Source: Bacillota bacterium
GTDB lineage: Bacteria; Bacillota; Ch66; Ch109
Direction: 5' to 3'
NCBI GenBank assembly: GCA_050952625.1
Contig: JBMNLH010000003.1
Coordinates: 96,001 to 160,000 of the forward strand
DNA: 64,000 nucleotides
Positions 51,363 to 61,711 of this stretch are shown here, in pieces. Position 1 is the stretch's first letter. Each line of letters starts with the position of its first letter. Below the pieces are notes generated by a model, which saw nothing but the letters and a program-made list of their open reading frames with translations, was not told the origin of the DNA and made no database searches. The translations under genes were made by a program, and so were the position numbers.

Positions 51363-52757
51363 ATGCACGAGGTAATCAAGGTTGATCTTGGACATTTATT
51401 GAGCGACACAAAAGGCCCCGATTTTCTAACGGCAGCGGAATTGGCTAACCTGCAAAGCAAGTACGCTGAAATCTTTCAAGTTTTTCAAAGGCAACTGAAA
51501 GAAAAAAAATCCCCGATTACTCTCGCCTTTAAGGCCGCAGAATCAATCGTCCAAATCAAAGCGACCGCCAAAGCTCTGAAAGAAAAATACGATAACGTCT
51601 TAGTAATCGGCATCGGTGGTTCGGCCCTGGGGGCCAAAGCGATTCTCCAGTTTGTGAAGGGACCGTTTTACAATCTGGAACAACACGCCGAGCCCCGGAT
51701 TTTTATCTTGGATAACCTTGACCCAACTCTAGTGAAAAAACTGGGAGATTTGCTTGACTTTAAAAAAACCGCCCTGATCTATGCCAGTAAATCCGGCTCG
51801 ACAGCCGAGACTGCCGCCAACTTTATTCATTTCTACCGGCTCTACCAGGAAGCCGGTGGTGAGGTTAAGGATATCGTGATTATGTGTGACCCGGCGGAGA
51901 ACGGGATTAACCGAATTGCTAAACGTCTGGGCTGCCATTTGCTCCACATCCCGCGTGATCTGCCTGGCCGCTACTCGGTCCTGTCGGCGATGGGCTTTCT
52001 CCCGGCAGAACTTGCCGGGATTGACTGCGCCCAGTTGCTTGCTGGAGCCGAAACCGTCCATCAGGCGATTATCAGGGAACCGCTCTCCCAAAACAGTTTA
52101 TTCCTCCTGGGGATCAGTCTCTTTGAGCTAGCCGCTCGAGGCAAGCCAATCCACGTCTTGTTTAACTACAGCAGTTTACTAGTGGAGTTTGGTTTGTGGT
52201 ATATGCAGCTCTGGGCGGAAAGTTTGGGTAAAAGATTGTCTCTAGACGGCGAGGTGGTCCGAACCGGGACTACGCCTTTGGCCTGCACCGGCCCTACGGA
52301 CCAGCACTCGCTCCTGCAGCTGTTCAAAGAAGGACCAGCCGACAAGATTTTTGGCTTCGTTAAGGTAGACTCTGTACCGGACGCGATTCACCTGACTGGC
52401 CAGTTCCCGGAGGAAAAAGAGTACGCCTATTTTGCCGGCCATACACTGGCCGAGCAATTAGGAATTGAGCAGTTAGCCACCGAAATGAGTCTGGTCCGGG
52501 CGGGGAATCCGTGTTACTTGATTACCCTCCGCGACCACTCGCCTTACAGCTTGGGAGCCATCTTTTATTATTACCAGGCCCTGGTGGTTTTCTCAGCGGC
52601 CCTGGCAAACATCAATCCTTTTGACCAACCCGGGGTAGAAGAGGGCAAGGTTATCACCTATTCCCTGATGAACCGTGAAGACTACGCGGCTGACCGAGCC
52701 AAGTATGAACAAGCGGTGGCGGAGTATAACCAGGAGCGAAAAATATACGGTATTTAG
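51363..52757 (+). CDS. pgi: Glucose-6-phosphate isomerase
   Basis: IGIGGSALG, SKSGSTAET, GRYSV, QLWAESLGK, DQHS and FDQPGVEEGK motifs. Confidence 0.95.
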   Translation: MHEVIKVDLGHLLSDTKGPDFLTAAELANLQSKYAEIFQVFQRQLKEKKSPITLAFKAAESIVQIKATAKALKEKYDNVLVIGIGGSALGAKAILQFVKGPFYNLEQHAEPRIFILDNLDPTLVKKLGDLLDFKKTALIYASKSGSTAETAANFIHFYRLYQEAGGEVKDIVIMCDPAENGINRIAKRLGCHLLHIPRDLPGRYSVLSAMGFLPAELAGIDCAQLLAGAETVHQAIIREPLSQNSLFLLGISLFELAARGKPIHVLFNYSSLLVEFGLWYMQLWAESLGKRLSLDGEVVRTGTTPLACTGPTDQHSLLQLFKEGPADKIFGFVKVDSVPDAIHLTGQFPEEKEYAYFAGHTLAEQLGIEQLATEMSLVRAGNPCYLITLRDHSPYSLGAIFYYYQALVVFSAALANINPFDQPGVEEGKVITYSLMNREDYAADRAKYEQAVAEYNQERKIYGI

Positions 52758-52838
52758 CGGGCTCTAAACGCGCTCTTGAAACTGCGTTTTAAAAAAGATG
52801 TCCGCTAAACACCGTTCCGTTGTTGGCACTGCTCCAGT

Positions 52839-53891
52839 CTAATACCCGAAATGAGGCAGGCTGGCCGCGCCCAGGGCGGCTGAAGTTTCTTTCAATCCGG
52901 CCGGGACGATCCGAACCTGCTTCCACAAAGCCGGAAAAGCCCGGCGTTCTATCTCCGGTCGAGCCGCCTCCAGGAGGGGATCCAAGAGCCGGGCTGCCAC
53001 GCCACCGCCAATAACAATCAGGGCCGGGTTCATAAAATTGATGACACTGGCGAGCCCCATGCCCAAGTAAGCCCCAGCTTTCTGGATGATTTCCCGGGCC
53101 GTACCGTCACCCTGGCGCAGTGCCTCAGCCACAATTCGGCCGGTCACCCGCACCGGGTCACCGCCGGCTAGACTGAGTAAGGTGTCTCCCCGTCCCCGTT
53201 CGATCGCTTCCCGGGCCATCCGACCAATGGCCGTGCCAGAGGCAAGGGCCTCCCAACAACCCGGGTGCCCGGAACCGCAGGGTGGCCCCTCTGGTTCGAT
53301 CACGATATGTCCGACTTCCCCAGCCCCGCCCCCGATTCCTCGATAAAGCTGGCCATCAATTATAATCCCGGCCCCAATCCCAGTCCCCAAGCCTAAATAA
53401 ACCATGGGACTGGTCCGCTGCCCGGCCCCAAACCGGTACTCACCCAGCGCAGCCACATTAGTATCGTTCTCCAACCAGACCGGCAGTCCGGTCCGTTCTT
53501 CAACCATTTTTCGCAAAGGCACTTCCCGCCAGCCTAGATTAGGGGCTTCATGAACCACCCCTTGAGCCGAAGATAAGACCGCCGCTACACCTAAGCCCAG
53601 CCCAATCACCTCATGTCCCTGCTCCTGCAGGACCTGAAGCAGCGTTGCCAGGTCATCCTTAGCCGGCGGCCCAGCCGGGGGCACTACCTGGCTGAGGAGC
53701 AGCCTGATTCCTTCATAAAGATTAGCGAGAACCGCTTCCATTCCCCGCTCGGCCTCAGTACGCACCACCTGCTGCGCAACTACTCGACCCTCCCGGTCCG
53801 CTAAAACCAGCTCAATTTTGGTCCCCCCCAGGTCTACTCCCAGGGCCAATGGATTCACCGCCGTATTAACCGTATTATTCAACCCCACCAT
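52839..53891 (-). CDS. ROK-family sugar kinase (glucokinase-like)
   Basis: VDLGGTKI, ENDTN, GTGIGAG and GEVGH motifs; start reset to ATG 53891. Confidence 0.9.
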   Translation of the reverse strand: MVGLNNTVNTAVNPLALGVDLGGTKIELVLADREGRVVAQQVVRTEAERGMEAVLANLYEGIRLLLSQVVPPAGPPAKDDLATLLQVLQEQGHEVIGLGLGVAAVLSSAQGVVHEAPNLGWREVPLRKMVEERTGLPVWLENDTNVAALGEYRFGAGQRTSPMVYLGLGTGIGAGIIIDGQLYRGIGGGAGEVGHIVIEPEGPPCGSGHPGCWEALASGTAIGRMAREAIERGRGDTLLSLAGGDPVRVTGRIVAEALRQGDGTAREIIQKAGAYLGMGLASVINFMNPALIVIGGGVAARLLDPLLEAARPEIERRAFPALWKQVRIVPAGLKETSAALGAASLPHFGY

Positions 53892-53989
53892 AATACCCCT
53901 TTCCCAAGGAAGCAAGGAAACGGCTTTCTTACTCCCTCGGAAATAAGGGAACCGTCTTGGTGCTTCCACGCATTAAACCATGTTTCTTT

Positions 53990-54547
53990 GCGCCGTGTTT
54001 TTACGTAGGTCAGCGATTGGCGATTTACATCAGAGAACAGAGGCGGCTGAGGATCAGCAGGCATCACTGTCTGAGCCTGAAAGGCGAGTTTGATGCCTGC
54101 CCGAAGCCGACGAGGTTCGTTCCCAGTTTAGCCTGCTGACCGAGTAAAAACACAAGCAACTTAATAACACATGAAATCCGACGCGCCGTGTTTTTACGTA
54201 GGTCAGCGATTGGCGATTTACATCAGAGAACAGAGGCGGCTGAGGATCAGCAGGCATCTTTGTTTGAGCCTGAAAGGCGAGTTTGATGCCTGCCCGAAGC
54301 CGACGAGGTTCGTTCCCAGTTTAGCCTGCTGACCGAGTAAAAACACAAGCAACTTAATAACACATGAAATCCGACGCGCCGTGTTTTTACGTAGGTCAGC
54401 GATTGGCGATTTACATCAGAGAACCGAGGCGGCTGAGGATCAGCAGGCATCACTGTTTGAGCCTGAAAGGCGAGTTTGATGCCTGCCCGAAGCCGACGAG
54501 GTTCGTTCCCAGTCTAGCCTGCTGACCGAGTAAAAACACAAGCAACT
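53990..54547 (+). repeat. Tandem array of a 193-bp rod-like palindromic element (3 copies)
   Basis: Units start at 53990, 54183 and 54376; nested IRs GTGTTTTTAC/GTAAAAACAC, GGTCAGC/GCTGACC, CGGCT/AGCCG, GCAGGCATCA/TGATGCCTGC, GCCT-GAA-AGGC. Confidence 0.95.
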
Positions 54548-55777
54548 CAGATTCGAATCAGCCGGTACTGCCGGCTGCCCAGACCGATTTCTTCTCCGTA
54601 GGCCAGTTGAGGAGTCCAGTCTACATCCGGATGCACCGCCCGGAAATAATCCTCTCCTTTAGGCAGACCACCAATCACGGAACCAGGCAATACGGTCTGC
54701 TGGTTGACCAGATCGACCGCTGCCTGGTCAATGGCGACCGGGTCACGCGAGGCTAGAATCCCGATGTCAGGGACAATCGGCAAATCATTCCAGCCAAAAC
54801 AGTCGCAGTCCGGACTGATGTTGCTCAGAAAGCTGATAAAGCCAGCCTTGCCAGCCTTGTTTTTGAGGACTCCCAGGGCATATTCAACCATCTTCTCCTG
54901 CAGCGTTTGGGGCGTGGTTTTCCAGTGGATCCTGATCGCCTGAGTCGTACAAGTAACCGAGCATTCCCCGCAGCCAATACATTTATCTCGATCAATAATG
55001 GCCTTTTTTATCGGTTTTTTCTTTGGCTTGCGGTTGGAGTGATCTACAGCTCCCTTCCCCGGTTCATCCGTGACTACCTTCTCCGACTCGCCCCTAGCCA
55101 GATCCTGATCCACCACGACTTCCCGGCCTTCAACTTCCAAGACAGTAATCGCCTGGGCTGGGCACCACTCCGCACATCTCCCGCAGCCAATGCACTTTTC
55201 CTCTTTTACCTTGGGCAGCACATCCGAGTGCATCATCTGCTTTCCGCTGCGCGACCCGGAACCCATCCCCAGATTCTTGATAACCCCGCCAAAACCGGTA
55301 ATCTCATGGCCCTTAAAGTGAGTTACCGCCAGCAGGACATCTGCGTGATATAGGGCACTTCCAATCTTAACATCCTCAAAATGCCGCTGACCTATGTCCA
55401 CACTTATGTAGTCTTTCCCATTCAGGCCATCCGCAATAATCAGGGGTGCCCCAACCACCGCATAGTCAAACCCGTTTTCAATTGCGGTTTCCAGGTGGTC
55501 AACCGCATTCGCCCGACTCCCCACGTACAGGGTATTGGCGTCTGTTAAAAATGGCCGGCCCCCCCTGAGCCTTCACCCGGTCAACCAGCCGGCGCAGGAA
55601 CTGCGGCCGGATATAGGCCAGGTTGCCCCTTTCGCCAAAATGGAGCTTCAAGGCCACCAGATCCTGGGGCGCAATCAGTTCGTTAAACCCGGCCCGATCA
55701 AATAAACGTCCCAGTTTGTCCAGCAGGTTTTGCCCAGAACGGGCTCGCATATCTACGAAATAAACCTCGGCTGCCAT
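54547..55777 (-). CDS. DUF362-domain Fe-S protein, apparent +1 frameshift in the G-run at ~55560
   Basis: KLHFGERGN; removing one G gives GGRPFLTDANTLYVGSR; HFKGH, two CxxCxxCxxxC, CDC, DPVAIDQA. Confidence 0.88.
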
Positions 55778-55844
55778 AGTTCCCCCCCTTTGAGAATCCT
55801 TTTTAGAATCCATTTTGCATCCTGATGATAAAAATTATGATTGC

Positions 55845-55932
55845 CTGCGTGAAACAAAGGTCAATAAATGACAACTTACATCGTTTGTTTTCATTTTCAG
55901 TTTAGCCTGATGACCGCTTAAAATACAAGCAT
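55845..55932 (+). repeat. Degenerate, internally deleted copy of the 193-bp element (outer arms)
   Basis: ..AGGTCA..TTACATC..CAGTTTAGCCTGATGACCGCTTAAAATACAAGCA vs unit CAGTTTAGCCTGCTGACCGAGTAAAAACACAAGCA. Confidence 0.7.
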
Positions 55933-56034
55933 TAAACATTTTTTAATTTTTTAATTACTCTCCGGGACACCTAACCGGCCACCGTGCCCCGGGTGGTTTG
56001 GGTGGCAGGTGTCTACCTGAAGTAATTGGCAGTA

Positions 56035-56874
56035 TTACCCGGTGCCCGTACCCCGGATAGTTTTGGTGAGCACAAAGCGTTCCAGGACTTCGGCCACACC
56101 ATCATCTTCATTCGTCTTGGTAATGTAATTGGCGAAACGCTTAATCTCCTCCCGGGCATTGCCCATTACCACGCCTAAACCAGCGAACTGAATCATATCC
56201 AGGTCATTATAACTATCGCCGATAGCTATCACCGACTCCCGAGGGATCTGAAAGTAATCGGCTACTTTCTTTAGGGCCTGGCCTTTCGTCGCCTCTGGAT
56301 GAAGGGCTTCTAGATAGTAAGGCTTGGATTTAGTGATGTATAGCTCCTGACCAAAATCAGCCTGAAGAGCAGCCGCCAACTGGTCAAGCTTAATTTCATC
56401 AAAATTGCATATCAGGATTTTAGTGGGCTCCGGACAGGCTTGCAGCAAGTCATCCACCAGCGTTACTTCCACCCCGGCCAAATCCACATAGGCCTGTCCT
56501 TCCGGCGTCAGCTTCTCCATGCACAACCGGTCTTCGTAGTACATCTGCAGATGGTAGCCAAAAGACATTACCCTTTCGGCGACCGGCTGAACCAGCCGCC
56601 GTGGAACCGGCCGGTGGTAAAGGACCTCCCCGGAACGGGAATTTTTGACCAACGCCCCCTGGTAGGTAATTAAAGGAATGTTTAAGCCTAATTGTTCCGC
56701 ATAAGGAGCGGCCGAGCGAAACATTCGCCCGGTAGCCAGAGTCACCTGCACCCCTCGCTGCTGAGCTTCCTTAATCGCCTGTTGGGTTCGTTCTGATATT
56801 TTCAAATCATTGTTGAGCAGGGTATCATCCAAGTCAATTGCCACCAACCGGTAGGTTGGATAAGTGTATCTCAT
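56035..56874 (-). CDS. Cof-type HAD-IIB hydrolase
   Basis: DLDDTLL, ATGR, KG and GDSYND..M motifs. Confidence 0.93.
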   Translation of the reverse strand: MRYTYPTYRLVAIDLDDTLLNNDLKISERTQQAIKEAQQRGVQVTLATGRMFRSAAPYAEQLGLNIPLITYQGALVKNSRSGEVLYHRPVPRRLVQPVAERVMSFGYHLQMYYEDRLCMEKLTPEGQAYVDLAGVEVTLVDDLLQACPEPTKILICNFDEIKLDQLAAALQADFGQELYITKSKPYYLEALHPEATKGQALKKVADYFQIPRESVIAIGDSYNDLDMIQFAGLGVVMGNAREEIKRFANYITKTNEDDGVAEVLERFVLTKTIRGTGTG

Positions 56875-57143
56875 CTTGTTTATCTTAGCCTCCTCAAAAA
56901 ACCCTTAGGTTGAGCCACGGGGACCGGTACACAATTCCACCCTTGCTGTCCCATTTGCTCTAGAAATCAATTCAAATCATTATATTATCAAGATATAATC
57001 AAGGCTTGCCCTTTGTTTTCTTAAGCCTGCTATTCTTCCTGTTCCTTACCCACCTTAATTCTAACCCTCACGATCCTTCACTTTTTAGCAGGTAATCGAT
57101 AGCTTGCAGATCCCGCTCGCCTTAATTCTACCCTCACGATCCT

Positions 57144-59021
57144 TCACCCCTCAGCTTCTTCGAAAAATTCCCGCACAGCCTGGGCCGCTTTTTTGGTCAT
57201 CCCGGGCACGGCCAACAAATCCTCTAAGCCGGCCTGGCGGATCCGTTTCACCGACCCAAAGTGCCGCAGCAGGGCTTTGCGCCGTTTCGGGCCGATCCCA
57301 GGAATACTGTCCAGGGTTGAACTCAGTGCCGTCTTTCCCCGCTGTTGCCGGTGATGCCCGATCGCAAACCGATGCGCTTCATCCCGGAGTCGCTGCAACA
57401 GATGTAATTCCGGCGAGTCTTTAGGTAGAATAATGGGTTCAGACTGCTGCTCCCGAAAGAGGTGTTCAAATTCCTCAGCCAACCCGAAGGTGGGAATCTC
57501 TTCTACTCCCAATTCCCGCATTACTTGCCGCACTGCCTGAAGTTGACCCTTGCCGCCATCAATGATCATTAAATCAGGAAAACGGGCAAACCGAGCCTGC
57601 TCCTCTGCCATCTCGCCGGCGGCCAGGGCGGCCTGCTCCGCTAGCCCCCGGCGAAAGCGGCGCCGTACCACTTCCTGCAGCGAAGCAAAATCATTCGGGC
57701 CTTCCACGGTCTTAATCCGAAAATGACGGTATTCAGACGGACACGGCTCGCCATTCTCCATGACCACCAGAGAACCAACTGACTGACTGCCCTGAAAGTT
57801 AGAAATATCGTAGCCTTCAATCCGGTAAGGCAGACCAGGCAGCTCAAGCTGCTGCTGCAGTCCGCGCAGAATGGCCTGATTCCGTTGCTGCCGATTTTCT
57901 TCTGCCTGAGTGTGCTCTTCCAAAGTCAGTAACGCGTTGCGGGTGGCCAGCTCGATCAATTGGTGCTTGCCCCCCCGTTGCGGGGTTAATAACTTGACCC
58001 GGCGACGGTCCCGCTTTTGCGTCAGCCACTGCTCTATCAGCGTGCCTTCCTCAGCCGGCAGTTTCTCCGGCAAAAGAATGGTTGGCGGCACAAAGTCGAC
58101 TGAAGCGTAATACTGCTTAATAAACTCCGCCAGCACCTGGCCCAGTTCGGCCCCTTCGGTATTGCGCAGCCAGAAGGTTTCCCGGCCCACCATCTTGCCG
58201 GCCCGAATAAAAAACACTTGACCGACTGCTTCCTGAAACCCCAGGGCTAGACCAACTACATCCTGGTCCTCCAAGCCCGCGGAGATGATTTTCTGCTTCT
58301 CCGTCACCGCCTGCAGGGCCCGAATCTGGTCCCGCAGCCGCGCAGCCTGTTCAAAATTTAGGTTTTCCGCCGCTTCTTCCATCCGCCTCGTTAATTCTTG
58401 GACTAGATGCTCGGTTCTTCCTTCGAGAAACAGGATGACCTGCTGGACCAGTTCTTGATAGTCCTCCGCTTTTACCTGCCCGGTGCAGGGAGCCAGACAA
58501 CGCTGAATGTGGAAATTCAAGCAAGGACGGCCCCGCGCCGCCAATCCCTTTTGCTTGCAGCTACGCAAGGGAAAGACTGTTTCCAATAACCGCATCGTCT
58601 CGCGCATGGCCCCAACATCAGTATATGGCCCAAAATAACGACTGCCGTCTTTTTTTATCGCCCGCGCCACCACCACCCGCGGAAACTCTTCTTCCAGGGT
58701 AATCCGCAGATAGGGGTAGTGTTTATCGTCTTTCAGGCTAATGTTGTACTTGGGCCGGTAGTACTTGATCAGGTTGCATTCCAGAACTAAGGCCTCTACC
58801 TCGGAATCGGTAACGATGACGTCTAGATCCCCGACTTGACTAACCAGGGCCCGAGTCTTAGGATCTAGATGCCGCGCCGCCTGAAAATAGGACCGGACCC
58901 GCTGCCGCAATGACCGGGCCTTGCCCACGTAGATAATCCGGGAGCGGTTATCTTTCATCAGGTAAACACCCGGTTCCGTTGGGAGGTGTTTTAGTTTGTT
59001 TTCTATATCCTCGTTAACCAT
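57144..59021 (-). CDS. uvrC: Excinuclease ABC subunit C
   Basis: GIY-YIG (PGVYLM..IYVGKA), DGGKGQ, RDEAHRFA and HhH motifs. Confidence 0.97.
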   Translation of the reverse strand: MVNEDIENKLKHLPTEPGVYLMKDNRSRIIYVGKARSLRQRVRSYFQAARHLDPKTRALVSQVGDLDVIVTDSEVEALVLECNLIKYYRPKYNISLKDDKHYPYLRITLEEEFPRVVVARAIKKDGSRYFGPYTDVGAMRETMRLLETVFPLRSCKQKGLAARGRPCLNFHIQRCLAPCTGQVKAEDYQELVQQVILFLEGRTEHLVQELTRRMEEAAENLNFEQAARLRDQIRALQAVTEKQKIISAGLEDQDVVGLALGFQEAVGQVFFIRAGKMVGRETFWLRNTEGAELGQVLAEFIKQYYASVDFVPPTILLPEKLPAEEGTLIEQWLTQKRDRRRVKLLTPQRGGKHQLIELATRNALLTLEEHTQAEENRQQRNQAILRGLQQQLELPGLPYRIEGYDISNFQGSQSVGSLVVMENGEPCPSEYRHFRIKTVEGPNDFASLQEVVRRRFRRGLAEQAALAAGEMAEEQARFARFPDLMIIDGGKGQLQAVRQVMRELGVEEIPTFGLAEEFEHLFREQQSEPIILPKDSPELHLLQRLRDEAHRFAIGHHRQQRGKTALSSTLDSIPGIGPKRRKALLRHFGSVKRIRQAGLEDLLAVPGMTKKAAQAVREFFEEAEG

Positions 59022-59251
59022 GATAATTGTTTTCCACCATTCAACCGATTAGATTATCTCACCAGCTAGCACTAAATGTATTGTAGCTAACCTAAAATTT
59101 TTCTTCAACCTGACTCACATAAGAAATAAGCCCAACGCCTTACCTCTTGTATAAGACTTGGCTCCATTTAGCCAAGCCCTGGCGCCAAGTGCTCGTTTAG
59201 ATTCGCTGAAGATCAAGGAATGAGCTCCACTCATGGGTTTCTTATATATGG

Positions 59252-59287
59252 TACCCCACTTATAGAAGTGGAAGTCTTTTGGTTCAG
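59252..59287 (-). repeat. IS200/IS605-end-like hairpin repeat (copy C)
   Basis: Minus strand CTGAACCAAAAGACTTCCACTTCTATAAGTGGGGTA. Confidence 0.55.
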
Positions 59288-59369
59288 TTAAAAAGTCAAA
59301 AGTCTATATTACTTTCCGAGTTATGTTAGGAAAGTCAATGAAATCGTTCTATTTAACCCTTGTCTCTGA

Positions 59370-59403
59370 GTATTATGTAAACTAAGGTTGGTTTACATAA
59401 TAC
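59370..59403. promoter_or_regulatory. Perfect 13-bp inverted repeat of XerD/dif-like half-sites
   Basis: GTATTATGTAAAC-TAAGGTTG-GTTTACATAATAC, just upstream of the SD of the 3D-domain gene. Confidence 0.6.
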
Positions 59404-59425
59404 AGGACAGGGGGGTGAAGTCACT

Positions 59426-60508
59426 TTGCCTATGTATAATCCGGTTCAGTCTGACGTAAATCGGGGGCGTTTAGTCACCTGGTCGGTCCAAAAAAACTAC
59501 TGTGAGTTCAATGGTTCGGTTTTAACTTGCTATGCCCCAATTTATAGTTATTATTATGCCCTTGGAGTGGAAGAGAAGATCGCCAAAACCCTAGCCCTTA
59601 TCCCGGCCACCCCGGCTGAGTACCAGGGAGCAACTGCCATTACTCTTCCTGGTGTTGAAGAAGCTGCCCAAAGCGAGTTCTGGAAAACAGTAATCATGCT
59701 TCTAACCTGCGCCAATTTAGGCATCGCGATCGCCAACCTTCCCAATCACCATTACTTCCCTGACCAACCGGCGGAAATTTGGCCGTACCCAACACCTTCT
59801 TTTATAGATTCACCAAATTCACCAAACCTGACTGACATATCCCACTCTTCCGGTCCTGGGGCGGCTGCTGACCTAATCGCTCCAGCCACTTCAGTTGTTT
59901 CAGACAATCCCATTACTCAAGTCACTTCTGTTCCGGAGTCAGACTCAACCATTGAGCTAACTCAGCCCCTTGATCCATCGCAAACCACTGAGACTCTCCA
60001 CTCTTTAAGCCCTAGTGATTCCCCGAGTCAAACAGAAACCCCGACCGCTCCTCCAAAAACCCCGGCTGAAACCCCGACCGAAACCCCGACTAAAATCCCG
60101 GCTAAAACCCCGGCTGCGCCTAAACCGAAGGCAACTCCTAGCCCGGGTTCTTCGGCGAAAAGACCTTCGCCGGCAGTCATAAGAGAAGAGTTGTCCCGTA
60201 TAGCAGAAATTACCACTGCTGATTTAGCCGCTCTAGAACCGGTAATCATGGAATGCACTGCATATACTCATACTGGATCCCGAACTGCCACCGGAGTCAT
60301 GCCCCGCTACGGTGTTGTGGCGGTCGATCCCAAGGTAATCCCGCTGGGCAGCCAGCTTTATGTCGTTGGTTACGGACCGGCTATTGCGGCTGATACTGGG
60401 GGATTAATTAAGGGAAATATCATCGACATCTTTCTGGATTCCGAAGCAGCCTGCCGAAAGTGGGGCCGACGCAAGGTAGAGGTTTATATTTTACGCAAAG
60501 GAGTCTGA
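59426..60508 (+). CDS. 3D-domain (cell-wall lytic transglycosylase-like) protein with Pro/Thr-rich linker
   Basis: CTAYT..TATG..VAVDPKVIPLGS..AADTGGLIKGNIIDIF..WGRRKV; SD GGGGGGTGA. Confidence 0.85.
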   Translation: MPMYNPVQSDVNRGRLVTWSVQKNYCEFNGSVLTCYAPIYSYYYALGVEEKIAKTLALIPATPAEYQGATAITLPGVEEAAQSEFWKTVIMLLTCANLGIAIANLPNHHYFPDQPAEIWPYPTPSFIDSPNSPNLTDISHSSGPGAAADLIAPATSVVSDNPITQVTSVPESDSTIELTQPLDPSQTTETLHSLSPSDSPSQTETPTAPPKTPAETPTETPTKIPAKTPAAPKPKATPSPGSSAKRPSPAVIREELSRIAEITTADLAALEPVIMECTAYTHTGSRTATGVMPRYGVVAVDPKVIPLGSQLYVVGYGPAIAADTGGLIKGNIIDIFLDSEAACRKWGRRKVEVYILRKGV

Positions 60509-60513
60509 GCCGC

Positions 60514-61383
60514 TTGGTATCCATTATCATCCCGGTGAAAAACGAAGGAGCTTTAATCCTGAATACGGTGAACAGTATCCGGCAGGCCCCGAACAAGACG
60601 CCCTATGAAATTATCGTCATTGATGACAATTCAACTGACAGCTGCTGTGACCCGCTGCAGCCCTTAGCCGCGGCCGGGCAGCTCACTTTAACCAAAGCCC
60701 CGCCCAATAATCAAACCCCTCCCCGAAATCTGGGAGCCACTCTGGCCCGGGGAGAGATCCTGGTTTTTTGTGATGCGCATCTACTCGTACCCCCGGGCTG
60801 GATTGATCAATTAACCGAACCCCTTCGGACTGGGATAGTCGATGCCATCTGTCCGGCCATTGCCCCCCACAACGCCCCGGAACGGGCTGGCTATGGGCAA
60901 ACCTGGCAATCGGACCTGACCGTCCGCTGGCTGGACCATCCCGGGCGGCTAGCCCCAGTTCCCCTGCTACCTGGAGGATGCTTGGCGATCAGGGCCGCTG
61001 TGTTTTGGCAGGTTCAAGGTTTTGACAGCGGCTTCCGCGGCTGGGGTTATGAGGATCAAGAAATCTCGCTCAATCTCTGGTTACAGGGTCATTCCCTGTG
61101 TGTTCAACCGTCGGTTAAGATCCTCCACGTTTTTCGCCAGACCTTTCCCTACCCGGTCCAGACCCAAAACGTCAACTACAACCTGCTCCGGCTGGCCTGT
61201 ACCCATTTTAACCAGCAACGGCTGCAAAAAGTGATCGATCTCCTGACTTCCCGTTATGGCCCGGTAGATGATCTGCTCCAGCAGGTCCAAGCAGACGGAG
61301 TCGCCGAACGCCGCCAGCATTTTTTGGCCAGTCGAGTTTACGACGACGACTGGTTCATGGCCCAATTTGCGATCCCATTTTAA
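60514..61383 (+). CDS. Glycosyltransferase family 2
   Basis: VSIIIPVKNE, IDDNSTD, FCDAH and WGYEDQE motifs; start reset to TTG after AAGGAG. Confidence 0.9.
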   Translation: MVSIIIPVKNEGALILNTVNSIRQAPNKTPYEIIVIDDNSTDSCCDPLQPLAAAGQLTLTKAPPNNQTPPRNLGATLARGEILVFCDAHLLVPPGWIDQLTEPLRTGIVDAICPAIAPHNAPERAGYGQTWQSDLTVRWLDHPGRLAPVPLLPGGCLAIRAAVFWQVQGFDSGFRGWGYEDQEISLNLWLQGHSLCVQPSVKILHVFRQTFPYPVQTQNVNYNLLRLACTHFNQQRLQKVIDLLTSRYGPVDDLLQQVQADGVAERRQHFLASRVYDDDWFMAQFAIPF

Positions 61384-61711
61384 TACTCTTGGCTTATTTA
61401 TTATTGCTGCCGCCATGAAATCGATCTTTTCTAACTAAATAAGTCTCGTATTATTTCATTAAAATGCAATCGAATTATCCGAGGTATCTGGCCCTCATCA
61501 AAATGACACCGAACAGCGTCCTTTATTTCATTTTTTATGGCATCAAAAGTATCACCTTCAGTAAATATTGAAAATCTAATTGGATATTCAATATCTCCAA
61601 CCTACAAGATTTGGTTCCTGTTTTAAGAATAATACTATCTTCTGTTTAAAACCCGCACAACCTATGAGGCGGCAATTACCCGCAACTTTTAGATTACCCG
61701 AACAACAAATT

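Noticed and set aside
53990-54547. CRISPR array or small repeated ORFs (62-68 aa) in the tandem repeat
   Set aside because: The unit is 193 bp with identical linkers, there are no unique spacers and no cas genes. The ORFs are by-products of the repeat.
60030-60125. DNA repeat element in the 3D-domain gene
   Set aside because: The 12-bp AAACCCCGRCY-type repeats simply encode a (K/E)TP(A/T) linker.
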